A stretch of 64,000 nt of DNA from Podarcis liolepis (Eukaryota): assembly GCA_965112155.1 (NCBI GenBank), contig OZ218107.1; one strand, given 5' to 3'. The translations under genes were made by a program, and so were the position numbers. Every line of letters starts with the position of its first letter. Positions within the stretch are counted from its first letter, which is position 1. The notes under the pieces are model-generated. The model was not told the DNA's origin. It made no database searches and saw only the letters and a program-made list of their open reading frames with translations. This document shows positions 48,650-61,000 of the stretch, one piece after another.

Positions 48650-49420
48650 GAGCGGGCTTTTGAAAAGTCAATAGGCAGGCGGCCCACTCCCCCGCCCCGG
48701 GTAATTTAGCAACGCGAAGCTCTTCCATCTAAATGCGCCCCTCCTATGTGTGACCCCCACCCAAACCGTCTCTCATCCCCTTCTTCCCCACCCCCCTCTC
48801 TCGCGCCTGTTCGTGTCTTTCTTATTTTCTCCTCACAAGGCTACGCCCCCTCTGCCCCCCCCACCTCACGGCTGCTGGAAGGGTTACCTGAGGAACACAA
48901 GCAGCACCGTGCGCGCTTTGAGGGGAGCGGGCAGGGGCGCAGCTTCCCTGACGGGGTCTGCTTCTTCTCACCCCGGGTGGGGCACCCAGGAAATAGCGGC
49001 CACTTCCTCCTCCCCGGGGAAAGGCGAATGGCTGAGCGGAGGCGGGGCGCGTCCGCACCGCACCTTCCGAGGGGAGGCGCCTAGTTCGACGGAGCCCCCG
49101 CCTCTCAAGAAGCCCCCGCGAGGCGCTGGGCGAAACAAAGCCGCGGAGGCTCGTGGACCCGAGTTGGCCGCGGGTGCGCGCGCTGCCGTGTGCTCGGCAC
49201 CCGCCAGCCAACCAGAAAGGAAGAAAGGAAGCGCGCGCGCCTTTCGCCGTCGTCGCTCGTGAATTCCATTCGACCGCCCCTCTCGCGCCCGCGAAGTTAG
49301 GCGGGTGGGGTAAGTATTGGCGAGCATGCGCTTTGACGTGGCGCCGAGAAGTGGATGTCTGCGCTTGAAGACCCGGGGGCCGAGGGAAAAGTTGGGAGAA
49401 CTTCCGCTCCCTCCTTGGTA
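48650..49420. promoter_or_regulatory. CpG island / bidirectional APAF1-IKBIP promoter
   Basis: Sharp GC and CpG enrichment between the head-to-head genes. GC boxes at about 48689 and 49041, ETS-like ACTTCC at about 49002 and 49400, GCATGCGC at 49324, TGACGT at 49334. Candidate first-exon donors: minus strand CAG|GTAACC (exon end 48888) and plus strand GGG|GTAAGT (exon end 49309). Confidence 0.85.
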
Positions 49421-49549
49421 ACGGGGGTGTGTGGGGTGCTAAACTAGGGAGCAAGGAGAAAAGGGAACGGGTTGAATGAGGGATTATGAGCATGAAGGGT
49501 GCAACCCCAAACATCCTGGCTAGGGAGCAAAGATGTTTGGGGTTGCACC

Positions 49550-49900
49550 CCAAACGGCCTCGGTCCAGTATACTTGAAGGAGCGTCTCCACCTCCATCAT
49601 TTTGGCTGGACACTGAGGTGGTTCTGGTGGTTCCCTCGCTACGAGAAGCCAAGTTACAGGGAACCAGGCAGAGGGCCTTCTCGGTAGTGGCTCCCGCCCT
49701 GTGGAACGCCCTCCCATCAGATGTCAAAGAGAAAAATAACTATCAGACTTTTAGAAGACATCTGAAGGCAGCCCTGTTTAGGGAAGCTTTTAATGTTTAA
49801 TAGGTTATTGTATTTTAGTGTTCTGTTGGAAGCTGCCCAGAGTGGTGGGGTATAAATAATAAATTATTATTATTATTATTAGTAGTAGTAGTAGTAGTAG
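49550..49900 (+). mobile_element. L2-like LINE 3' end with (TTA)n(GTA)n tail
   Basis: Translates ...RAFSVVAPALWNALPSDV...FRRHLKAALFREAF, an L2-type ORF2 end, followed by a microsatellite tail. Confidence 0.75.
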
Positions 49901-50104
49901 TTCTGCACTTGCGTTCCTTAGGGGGCAGGCTTAAGATGCCTCTGCAAGGCTAACGCTCCACTGACTTGCTTCCTAATGAAACATGCATACGATGGGGGGG
50001 GGGGCACAGTCCATTTTTGAAAAGATTTGTAAGTAGCAGGTTGTCATCCCCCACCCCACCCCTGCTTGATCTATGCAGGCATTCCCATATAAGAGGTTGG
50101 AAAC

Positions 50105-50274
50105 ATGGCTGAAGTTAAGCAAAGAAGGAAAGCTAACCTTTCAGGCAAATCAACTGAAGATCAAGGGAAGACAGCACCGATGTTGAGGACTACTGGTGAT
50201 GAAAAGTCCAGCTGGTGGGACCCACGAACAGCCTCAAGTTTACTGTCCCTTATAGCTTGCCTAGGGCTGACATG
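50105..50274 (+). CDS. IKBIP: IKBIP first coding exon, MAEVKQRRKANLSGK...WWDPRTASSLLSLIACLGLTW
   Basis: ATG in good context (AACATGG); matches the recalled IKBIP N-terminus (MSEVKSRKK...DPRTCLSLLSL..CLGLAW); donor TG|GTAAGC; upstream acceptor at 50077-50078. Confidence 0.9.
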
Positions 50275-50731
50275 GTAAGCAAAATGACTGGAAAGTTTGT
50301 CTTTACACTGATGTCTTCTGCAAATGATAACCCCAAACCCGTTTTTTCATCTTCAGCTGCTTGGCAGGTTCAGCTTTTGGGCTCAAGTCATCTGTCTATA
50401 CTGTTAAGTATAAACATCATGCCCTAACGGAATCCTTAACATTTGCTCTTTACTTATGGCATATATTTGTAACTAAATTATAAAATCAAGGCTAAGCTGA
50501 AATCGTACATGCAATTATTTGAGAATAAATCCCATTCAACTCAACTTACTGCTAACTAAACATGTATAGGATTGGGCTACCCAAGAAATTGCAGAGAGTC
50601 AGTTCATCCCAATATTTATGCAGCCATATTTTTGGATTGCAAGTTGTGCTGAAGTAGGTGATTCAGTAACGTGGAAAAAGTCTATTGCTTTTGTAAGTTG
50701 TTTGCTGATTCTGTTTTTCTACATTCCCCAG

Positions 50732-50849
50732 GTTTCTTTTTCAGCAGTCAGCTCAGCTGGCTGAAGTGGAAGAGAAATACTATTTATTAAAGCAGGAAGC
50801 TGCCAAGATTCAAGATACAGAAAATAAGATTAACTTAATATCTGAAAAG
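50732..50849 (+). CDS. IKBIP: IKBIP second coding exon, FLFQQSAQLAEVEEKYYLLKQE...NLISEK
   Basis: AG/GT boundaries; 118 nt; in phase with the flanking exons. Confidence 0.93.
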
Positions 50850-52490
50850 GTAATTCGAAAGGGTGTCATTTTAATGGTGTGGGTGTTTCTCAACTTCTCT
50901 AAAGTCTGAGATATTTTTCATTAACTAGTATTAACTGTACCTTGCTAGATAAACTACACTCAGGTGCAAAATCAAGTTTAGTAATTACATTTGCCATCCC
51001 TATATTAAGTCAGTTTCTTTTCTCAAAACCAGATGCTTAAAGTTGCAATCTTATACAAACTTCCTGGAAGTAACACTGAACTTTTTTCTGAGTAGATTAC
51101 ACTTTAAATTGATTTGAGCTGCTAAACATACTTGCTGAGAAATAAGTCTGTCATATTTCAGCCACTATTTTACCTTTTGAAACAGTTATAGAGCATAATA
51201 CTGAATACAGTAAATGCTAATTAAGAATGTATTCAGAAATTATTATCAGTAACCCTACCAGACGCATTTATGCTGTCTGAAATTGTATTCATTTAGATGG
51301 CTTTTAAGTTTTACTTTGTATAGTGCAATTACTTATGAAAAATATTCTAATATTTATTGTGTAAGTCTTGTAATCACGAGACTGTAGCTTAAATGGATGG
51401 TCTTTTTTCTTTCTGATGTTACTTTTTTTTTAAAAAAACATTCATTTTGCTGCAGATTGCTCTTCTGAATGACACAGCTATAGAAGTGTCAGGATTAAAG
51501 TCTGGTTTTTTTGCACAGCCCTGCTTCCTTAGTGTCTGCTCATGGCACTTACATAAGTGCTTATAGGATTGCCGCCTTGGCTTCAGCTTTAGAAAAATGT
51601 CATTTATCTAGGATGACATTTCATTTCTTGTATATTTCATTCTAATGTTGCAATTCTAATCACGCCATAAATGGAAGTATGCCCTTTTCAACACTGGATT
51701 TTTCTACCAAGCAGAGGATCAGGCTGTACAAAGACAGCCAAAAGGTTGGAAACTGAGTGACCAGTGTCACACTAGAAGATACAACAGGAATGTCCTTTAC
51801 TCTCCCCCCCCCGTACCCTCCAATCTGTTCTGAAGGGTCCTCCAACTTCCCAGAGCAAATCGGGGGGGGGGGGAGTGTGGTCTGCAGAGGGGAGACCCAT
51901 TTGCACAATTGGGCTATGGGTTGGATGTCAGCCATAGACTTGAGGCTATGTATGCATGTGGATTTACAAAAGCAACTAAAAGTCTTGCTATCCAGTGCCA
52001 AATAAGAATTATGTCATGTGCCAGAACAAAGTTTGTTTTAAAACTGCAAAATAATCCAATTTTTGAAATACTTCAGAACAGTCAATATCTGAGCATACTG
52101 TTTTGTAGGAAATTACTGCCTCCAGGCTACCTTGTAATGCAATTCATTCCTCCCTATGGCAACATATTGAAGTACATTTGGCCAACTCAAAACACGTTTC
52201 TGGAATTTTAATTCTAAAGTGAAATTTGTTTAGTTTTTTTCTAAATAAAGCTATGCAGAGTTTTGAAAGTATGCATAGAACAGATTAATATGAATCAACA
52301 AACTGTTAGTTGCCAAACGCATGTGGACTCATTCTCTCATATATACAGACACACCCACGCACACATGAACGACTTATTTGGAATATGTATCTTAAAACTT
52401 ACGTTTATCGAAACCTTTGTTTTATATTTTTTAAAAAGTGCAAAATCTGTATTAAGTGAAGATGGACATTGTTTTGTGTTACAAATGCAG

Positions 52491-53309
52491 TTTGAATCAT
52501 CTTCGGGTATCCTGCAGGAAGCCTCTTTCTTTCTCTCCATGGTGACCAAGTTTGAACAAGAAGTAGCTAACCTCCGTAACATAATAAATGACATTCAGAA
52601 CAGTGAGCAGGCACTCTCTAAAAGGATGCAGACCACTGGTGCAAAATTTCAAAATATAATCAAGTCCTGGGAAAAGAGCCAGACTGAACTGGATACAAAT
52701 ACTAGCAGTTTAAAATCGGAAGCCAGGCTTTTACATATCGAAGTGACTTCTCAAATCAATGCCGCAGATCAAAAACTAAAATCCCTTTCTGAAAGGCTGA
52801 AAGATCTTGAAGACAGTACTGTAAGAAACCTCAAAACATTAAGTAGGCAAGAGGAAGATGAACTGGCTAAAGTTGAGCAGCAGCTGCAGTCTGATACCAA
52901 GGCAGTTGGAAAATTAGAAGAACAGCAGAACAGTATATTAGCCAGAAATAATGATCTGAGACAAAAGCTTGCAGGCTATGAACCCAAACTGGAAGAGTGC
53001 AAAACTCATTTACCAGCAATAGAGAATGCCATTCACTCTGTTGTTAGAATATCAAGGGATCTGATGGCTGTAGAGAAGAAAATGGAAGACATGACTACAA
53101 AGGTGTTCAGTGTGGAAGATGAAATGATGAAAGCTGTATCTGATATAATGGACATACAAAAAACTCTTGAAGGCATGCAGTATGATAACCGCCTACTAAA
53201 ACTGCAGAATGAAGTGCTTGTGTTAAAGGAGAAAGTCCATGACTTTGCTGAATCTACAACAGAAACACAAAAAAATACAGAAAAGTACCGCAGTGTGAAT
53301 GATGAGTGA
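52491..53309 (+). CDS. IKBIP: IKBIP alternative terminal exon A (coiled coil; 368-aa isoform), FESSSGILQEA...VNDE*
   Basis: Acceptor TGCAG| ending at 52490; matches the recalled IKBIP isoform (RLKDLEDST..., YEPK.EECKTHLP.IE.AIHSV). Confidence 0.93.
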   Translation, partial: FESSSGILQEASFFLSMVTKFEQEVANLRNIINDIQNSEQALSKRMQTTGAKFQNIIKSWEKSQTELDTNTSSLKSEARLLHIEVTSQINAADQKLKSLSERLKDLEDSTVRNLKTLSRQEEDELAKVEQQLQSDTKAVGKLEEQQNSILARNNDLRQKLAGYEPKLEECKTHLPAIENAIHSVVRISRDLMAVEKKMEDMTTKVFSVEDEMMKAVSDIMDIQKTLEGMQYDNRLLKLQNEVLVLKEKVHDFAESTTETQKNTEKYRSVNDE

Positions 53310-53719
53310 ACTAGTCACAATGAACAGTACAGTATTGCTGAAGAAATTGCAACTTCAGTTAGCTGACTGATATTCACTGAAATAAGCAAAGTTTTTCCCT
53401 TTACATGAGAAGACTTTGAAAAGGTGAAAATACGTTTGCATTCCTGTGTGGGGTTTTTATTGGAATATGTATTTGCATGTTTGTTGTACTTTACCCCTCA
53501 AATATGACATTGTATTAGGAAGACATACAATATCTGTTATTGTGTTAAGCTGTATTATTCAAGTTAATGTACTTAGACTAATTTCAGCTTAAAAGGTTGT
53601 TTTAAATGCCTTTGCAGGATTAACTCTTACAAAGTTTGAACACCATGCTTTCAGAGAAAGCAGGTATGGATTCAGATGTAAGATTACAATTGGATTCTCA
53701 CAAAGCTAAGAGGTATAAG

Positions 53720-53801
53720 CATAGCTGTCAACATTTCCCTTTTTTAAGGGAAATTCCCTTATTCCGACTAGGATTCCTTACAAGAAAAGTTGACAGCTAT
53801 G
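53720..53801. mobile_element. Short MITE
   Basis: Perfect 13-bp TIR CATAGCTGTCAAC / GTTGACAGCTATG. Confidence 0.75.
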
Positions 53802-54424
53802 TAAATAAGGGCTTTATGAAGTAAAGGCAGGGGAAACTATAGATATTTAATTGATATGGAAAGAAATGTAATAAAGCCACAGGCATATTGTCATATGAAA
53901 GGTATTCCCACTTCACCACTTGCATATGCTGCACGGAATCAGGCAAGTCAGAAAAATAATAGTTATTTAGAACGAGATGGTACAATTGGGTGTGATTGGT
54001 AGAAAGGAAACCATTTTCCTTTGAACATGACTTTGAAAAACCAACCATTCTCACAAACACATTTGTTTTGCTTTAACAGTAACTAAAATGCAGCAACACC
54101 ATTTTTTCTGGATAGTAGAACCTATTAAAGTACTATATGCTAGTTTTGTATGCATTCGCCTGTGTGCCATTTTTTTTGGAAAATTGCCACCCAAAGTGTA
54201 TTTTATTAGAAAGAACATCAGTTGTAATGATAACAAGCTATTATATTTATTATATTATTAATAAATTAATCAGGAACATATGTATGAGTTGCACATCCTT
54301 TCTCTCTTTAAAGTTTGAGGGAAACACTAAAGAACATATTGTACACTAATGTTTTAATTAAATTTCAAGACAGCTGGTATAAAATTAAAATGCAATTTTC
54401 TTATGATTTTTTTCAAATTCTTAG

Positions 54425-55180
54425 TGTGAGAAGACATTAAGCTTAATGGAGCAACTGGAAGATCTTCATATAATTGCTCAGATGAAGCACCTGCAGGAGG
54501 AAGTGAACACCATGCAGATCTGGTCTAGTAAGTTAAGTCAAGAAGAAGAGGAGCTTCAGCAGAACTTAACATCTCTCTTTCTTGCAGTTACTAAGTATGA
54601 GGAGATTATAACTTCAGTAACTAATAACTTCTCTGCAAAGATTGCTGCTGTGAAGACTGATATTAGACGCATTTCAGGTCTTGAAGCAGATGTAACCTCA
54701 CTGGTAGAGAATCTGCATACTCTAGAAGACAAAGTTGATAAAGCTGAAAAGACTACAATAAAAAGTATAGGGACTCTCCTTACAAACAGCATTGACAGGA
54801 CTACAATACTACGGAGTTCTGCATCTGAAAATGCCAGACAAATAGAACACATTAAGACAAAATCATCTGAGCTGAATGCTGAACTTAACAAGCAATTAAA
54901 TAAGCTTTTAGATTTGGAAAGTGATAGAGCCAAAGTTCTTACAACAGTAGCCTTTGCAAATGACTTAAAACCAAAAGTACACAACTTAAAGATGGATTTG
55001 GCACACTTGGAACCAATGCTAGATGAACTAACATTAAGAATAGGAAGACTGCTTGGGGATCTAATGGAAAGACAGAAAGAAATTTCTTTCCTGAATAAGA
55101 AACTCGTCAATTTGACTTCTGCTCAGAGTGATGTTAAGACTATGAGTGATGAGCTAAGTGAAGTTTCAGATTTGAAATAG
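54425..55180 (+). CDS. IKBIP: IKBIP alternative terminal exon B (coiled coil; 347-aa isoform), CEKTLSLMEQLE...SDLK*
   Basis: Acceptor TTCTTAG| ending at 54424; matches the recalled IKBIP isoform (VKTDIRRISGL, DRAKVL.TV.FANDLKPKV, LTLRIGRL); AATAAA at 55900-55905. Confidence 0.93.
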   Translation, partial: CEKTLSLMEQLEDLHIIAQMKHLQEEVNTMQIWSSKLSQEEEELQQNLTSLFLAVTKYEEIITSVTNNFSAKIAAVKTDIRRISGLEADVTSLVENLHTLEDKVDKAEKTTIKSIGTLLTNSIDRTTILRSSASENARQIEHIKTKSSELNAELNKQLNKLLDLESDRAKVLTTVAFANDLKPKVHNLKMDLAHLEPMLDELTLRIGRLLGDLMERQKEISFLNKKLVNLTSAQSDVKTMSDELSEVSDLK

Positions 55181-56622
55181 TCCTATCACATCAAGCCTCA
55201 GTTCTGGCACTGCTTGAGGTTGCTGGGTTACTCTTCAAGATTTAAGTTTTGGGGTTGAAGCAGTAGTGAATTTACGATTATCTGCTTACAGCAAATTGAA
55301 TTCATAGAGTAAAATGTGCATAAGATGGTGCTGTCATGTTCACTACAACTTACACCCAAGGAACTATTGAGGACTACAGTCTTGCAAGTAGGAGTGTCAC
55401 ATATAATTGAGTTACATTCAATCAATGATAACTAGATCAAAAATTCTTTTATAAACCACAAAGTTGTGTTTGTAAAACATGTTTCAGTAAGTCTTGAATG
55501 GTATTAGATGTTAAAAAGATGATTGCAGACCAAAAATAGATTAAACCAAAAGAATAATGCAAGCAGAATTCTCAATGTTTCCACACATTGAAGTGCAGTA
55601 AGGAAATCTCTCCTTCCACATTAGGGGCAGGCTCTGCCGGATCAGCAGCCCTCCCATTTTTCAGGAAAGCTATTCTGGAGGCAAGTTACGATGATTTGTC
55701 TCAATCTATAGACTGACTGTAAAAGGGGGGGAAACAATCCTCCATATTTAGAGTTGAGAACTGACATCAACTGGGTAATACATGAACGCACTTACAAGGT
55801 ATTAAAAAAGTTGTCTAATACCTTTTATAGGTGGATTGTAGAGCCATGTTTAGAGTAGTACTGTATACAATTTCAGTCGCTCCATCTCAAATGAGAGCTA
55901 ATAAAGTTATATAAAAACTCGACTAAATGAGTGCGTAGGAGAAAAATTACTAGGGACATTAGTATACCTGTTGGAAATGATTTTTCTTCTTTCTTGAAAT
56001 AGAATTCTGGGTCCCCTAATCAATTCAGTGGCAGAAAAATCTTTTGAGGTAACAGCATTCTTAAGTATTTGTAGATGGCTGATAACATATCAGCATGCAT
56101 ATATAACTATTGATTTTAGTGCATCTACGTGAGAGTATGACTCACCTTGATTACTGCCCACTGCTTTCTATTTCGGCCTCTGACCACTTGGAACTCCTTC
56201 AGGCTGGGCATCCATAGCTATGGCTATGTGTCCAGTTTGCAAAAGGGCTCTAAACCAGCATATATCCCTATAGCTGTTTCACACACCAATGGACACTCCA
56301 GAACAGCATCAGGGTACTGCGGGCCCTATTTAGCAATGGATTTATGACCAGGTACTGATCTGGAGGGTGGCAACACCAGAACAAGCCTTGTCAATGGTGG
56401 CTCCCCACTTGTGGAATGCTCTTCCAGGAAAGGCTTGCCTGACACCATCATTGTATATCTTCAGGCACATTCCTTTTTAACCAGGCCTCCAGCTTTTAAC
56501 TACTGCCATTTTGCATGGGTAGGGTGTTTTAATAGCGTGTTTATTTTTGGCTTTAAAATAGTTAACTTGTTTTTATTTGCCATGGCAAAAAAGCAACAAA
56601 TAATAACATATCCTTGCTGATA

Positions 56623-57348
56623 CAGTGGTGCCTCACAAGACGAAATTAATTCGTTCCGCAAGTCTCTTCGTCTTGCGGTTTTTTCGTCTTGCGATGCACG
56701 GTTTCCCATAGGAATGCATTGAAAATCAATTAATGCGTTCCTAGGGAAACCGCCTTCAGACCAGGTCCGGGGACAGTCTGTCCCCGGACCTCTTCTGAAG
56801 GCTGGGGGGGGGGAGGACAAGGGCTTTTCTTCCCACCCCCAGCATTTTAAAAAACCCTGGGACAGCGGAGGACTTCTCTGCTGTCCGGGGCGATTTAAAA
56901 GCCCCTGGGAAGGCAGGCAGGGGGGACAAAGACTTTCGCCCCCTGCCCGCCTTCAGAAGGTGTTCCCGCCCCCCCCCCCCCCCCGCTTCGGAACAGCGTT
57001 CCGAAGTGGGGCGGCTGGGGCAGGTGTCCCCGCCCCCCCTCCCCGCTTCGGAACAGATTTTAAAATGCTGGGGGTCGGCAGCGAACGCTTCGCTCCCGCC
57101 CGCCAGCATTTTAAGATCGCCCGGGGCAGGTGGGGGGGGGGGGAAGGCAGGTGGGGGGGAGCAAAGACTTTTGCCCCCCGCCGGCCTTCAGAAGAGGTCC
57201 TCTTCTGAAGGCCGGCTGTGGGCGAAAGTCTTTGCTCCCGACCGCCAGCATTTCCCTATGGGCTTTCGTCTTGCGATGCAAGCCCATAGGGAAATTCGTC
57301 TTGCGGGTTTTCCGTCTTGCGAGGCATTCGTCTTGCGGGGTACCACTG
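56623..57348. mobile_element. Tc1/mariner (Tigger-like) MITE, family B, long GC-rich variant
   Basis: TIR CAGTGGT.CC.C.CAAGACGAA; TA flanks; internal inverted GC-rich repeats. Confidence 0.88.
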
Positions 57349-57865
57349 TAGATATGTCAAGACCTTTCAATAATAATGGCTGCAGCAGTATTTACTGGTC
57401 ATACATATACTTTGAATACATACGTCTCTCACTGGGTTAGTGATAAACATTTGTAAACATAATTACCTAACCTACCACTAAAGTGAAAAGATATAAAGCA
57501 AGAACCTGATTACCTAATTTATAGAACTGCCTTCACAGACACTCAAGTGAACCCACGTTAAGGCAAAGCAGTTTGGTAGATCATACTTGTAAAATACTCG
57601 ATATTCATTATTTTCTTCTCTGCTTTAACCAACTGTCAGTAGCAACACATGAGGGGTCCTTTTTCAGGAGGAGACCAGTTCCCTTAGCCACCATGAAACC
57701 ATTTTTTTCCAACAGGCTGAAAACTAAGGCAAACACTTGTCAATCTAGTACTTTATTTTGACCAACAGCAACAGTGAGGCCTGAGCAAACAAATACTTTA
57801 TTCTCCTACATTGCCATGTGTATAAAGTTTTGTGATGTTATTTAGCCATTCAGTCCATGATCCAT

Positions 57866-58026
57866 CTACTCAGAAAGACCAAGCTTTTTCTTCAGAGATT
57901 CTGGCATCTCTGGTGGAGGTGGGCGGGGAAGTCTGAAATAAACTTTCACGGAGTCATAGATGAACCACTGTAGTGCTGTCAGAGTACCAATCATAATAAT
58001 ACGGGCGAACAGACCCTTCCATACAC
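57866..58026 (-). CDS. SLC25A3: SLC25A3 exon 8 (last coding)
   Basis: [52 protein letters not shown]; stop TAG 57866-57868. Confidence 0.96.
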
Positions 58027-61000
58027 CTGTTGGAACATAACATTATTAGTATCTGGAATTATTCATGCACTTTCACAGTTCAGTATCAGTTTAAATCCTC
58101 ACCTTTAAATCCCAGCCTCTTCAGTACTTGAGCAGCTGAACTGCCTTTTTCTTTGTTCAACACGGATACCACAGAATCAGCAGGATGTGAAACGATGGCA
58201 CAGAAGACCCCAGCTGAAAAGCAAGTAGTCACCATTAATTTAAAATATTCATTAATATGTTTATACATATTCCAGAAAGATCCTATGTCAACAGGAGACT
58301 GACTCACAACTGCTATAGGGAGATGAGATCTCCACAACTAATTACATAACATACTTGCATCATTAGATGCCCCTGTCACTTTAAAAGCAGTTAGATAATT
58401 CAATAATCCTGCAGAACCTACTAAAGACATTGGCCAATTTTGTGTGCAACATCCACAAATCTGAATGCGACTTCTGTGATTCAGGGCAGTAGCTTCCTGG
58501 TGCTTGTCAAACAGGTCAGTTTCAAAACAAGCCCACTAAACCATAGTTTATAAAGCTGGCTTTTAAAGCTGGAGTTTCAAGGTAAAGGACCCCTGACAGT
58601 TAAGTCCAGTAGCGAACGACTCTGGGGTTGTGGTGCTCATCTTACTTTACTGGCTGAGGGAGCCGGCGTACAGCTTCCGGGTCATGTGGCCAGCATGACT
58701 AAGCCACTTCTGGCGAACCAGAGCAGCGCACGGAAACGCAGTTTACCTTCCTGCCGGAGCGGTACCTATTTATCTACTTGCACTTTGACGTGCTTTCAAA
58801 CTGCTAGGTTGGCAGGCGCTGAGACTGAACAACAGCTCACCCTGCCGTGGGGATTCGAACCGCCGACCTTCTGATCAGCAAGCCCTAGGCTCAGTGGTTT
58901 AGACCACAACACCACCTGCGTTCCATAAAGCTGGAGTTTATTATACTATTATTTATCATCTGTATGCAAGGGCAAACCAAGATCCTATGAAAGTGAAATA
59001 AAATGCTGCTGAAGGCATTTTAATCTGCCTACGTGGGAGAATACAGGAAAGCATGCAAGCCAGACTCTTCTTCGGACTTGCTCATGAATACTAAACTGTT
59101 ACTATATTCCAAAAAGTTAGTATTTCCTTACCTATATAACCTGCTACAAATGTAACAACCAGCTGTTCTCCTTTTGAACATTCGCTCCTTGGTTTCGGGA
59201 CAACGTACTTGTAAAGCGCTTCCACAGTTCTTTCAAAGCAGGCAAATTTCATCATGGTGTATGGAATCTGCCTCATCCATAATGGAACAACACCTTTGTA
59301 GAAACTTCAAAGTAGACAAAACAATTAGAAATCCCAAATTTAAGCGCTTCTGATTTGGAATTAATTCTGGAAGACATGGGAATTCAAATCAGTTACGCTA
59401 CCTGAATGCAACAAATGAATCTCAATGGCAGAGCACATAGTTTTAATATAGTAGGTCCCAGGCTCAAAACCTGGCACTATTAGGCAGAACAGGGAAAGAC
59501 ACCTGTGTGAGACCCCAGGAAACACAGGCGTGACTAACATTTTGCCCTAAACAACCATGTCATTTATGCCATGGGTCGGCAAACTAAGGCCCGCGGGCCG
59601 GATCAGGCCCAACTGCCTTCTGGATCTGGCCCATGGACAGTCTGGGAATTGCCACGTGGATCGCCAGCGCACACTTTCTTTTCCCTCTCCCTCACACGGT
59701 AGCAGCACCTCCTCCCTCCCTCCTGGTTTCTCCCCACTCTGCCTAGAAGAGGAAGGGGGCTGGGCTTTGTTGGTGGCGGCAGCAGCAGCAGAACTCGAGT
59801 GGTTGCCATTTTAAGCCGCCCCTCTCCAGAGCCCTTTCGCATGCCGATCACTGTTCTGCCACCACCACCGCTAGCCCCTGCTGCTCGTAAGACACAGGTA
59901 AGCAGCCACTGCAACTCGTGGTACTCTTGCATAATTTTTTTTTTCAAAATATAGCCCGCCCCCCCAAGATCTGAGGGACAGTGGACTGACCCCCTGCTGA
60001 AAAGGTTTGCTGACCCCCGATTTATGCACACACTAGAAATACCAGTATTAGCAAAGACTGAATTAAGTTTAGTGATGCCTTGCCTTGTGAAAACACAGTT
60101 GCATTGAAGTGTTTCTTTCAAACTAGTCATATCAGAAACAACCTAAACCTCTAGCCTCGCTCTTAAAAGAACAATGGATATATAGTCCCTTTTGCCTTTA
60201 ATCTTGGAATTGATTGATAATTGTCCACAATCCAGCCAAATCCTGATAGTGGAAAATGACATGTATTGTATTACAGCCATTGCTATCAGAACATAAAAGA
60301 CCAGAGTGAAGGTATATTATTCTCACATGCCAATGACTCAAGCATCTTTGACTGTACAACCATAAAGTTGTTGATCCCTCTTGGCTGGAACTACTCAAAA
60401 CCAAAGCTGTAAGCAGAACTCAGCACAAGAGACATCTAACAAAGATGGATCTAAGGGAGCATGTTGGCTCATATTGCTTAAGAACTCAGAACTCTGCTGC
60501 ATGTCTAAAGCAATAATATCCATGATCAAAGCTAAACAGTTCATAAACAAGGAGCTGTGCAGGATCATCAAGAGCCACTTTAGGGCCATGACTTAACTGC
60601 TGTAATACTTACGCCCAAACACCTTCTTCGGCAAACATTTTTGGAGCAGCTTGTCTCAGTGTATTTGCATACCCAGGCTGTGTCTGAATGCGCACCTTAG
60701 CAGCTTCCATTGGAGCCAGAGCAATATCAGCAAAGAACTCTGCACTGGCAGATGCAGCCAAGTATAGTGATGTACGCCACAGATATGTATTTTCCTGAAA
60801 TAAAATTTAACAGACCAGAAAATATGTTCATATGATATTCCTTGGACAAATTCACAATAAAGGGGTGCTGAACTGCAGGATAAATAAACTTACCTCTCCC
60901 AACATGTTGCTATACATGATTTTGAAGACTTCATAGAAACCAAATTTGCAGAGCCCTTGCATGGAATATCCAATAAATGTTGGAGCCCATCCTTTTGCCA

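Noticed and set aside
49322-49331. p53 response element in the APAF1/IKBIP promoter
   Set aside because: Only one imperfect RRRCWWGYYY half-site; it fits an NRF1-like motif equally well.
48822-49727. 301-aa minus-strand ORF and other ORFs over the CpG island
   Set aside because: Stop-poor GC-rich promoter sequence fused to an antisense L2 fragment; no recognisable protein.
52263-52490. N-terminal part of the 348-aa ORF as coding sequence
   Set aside because: Intronic read-through upstream of the acceptor at 52490; IKBIP similarity starts at FESSS.
54556-55110. 184-aa minus-strand ORF
   Set aside because: Antisense shadow of IKBIP exon B.
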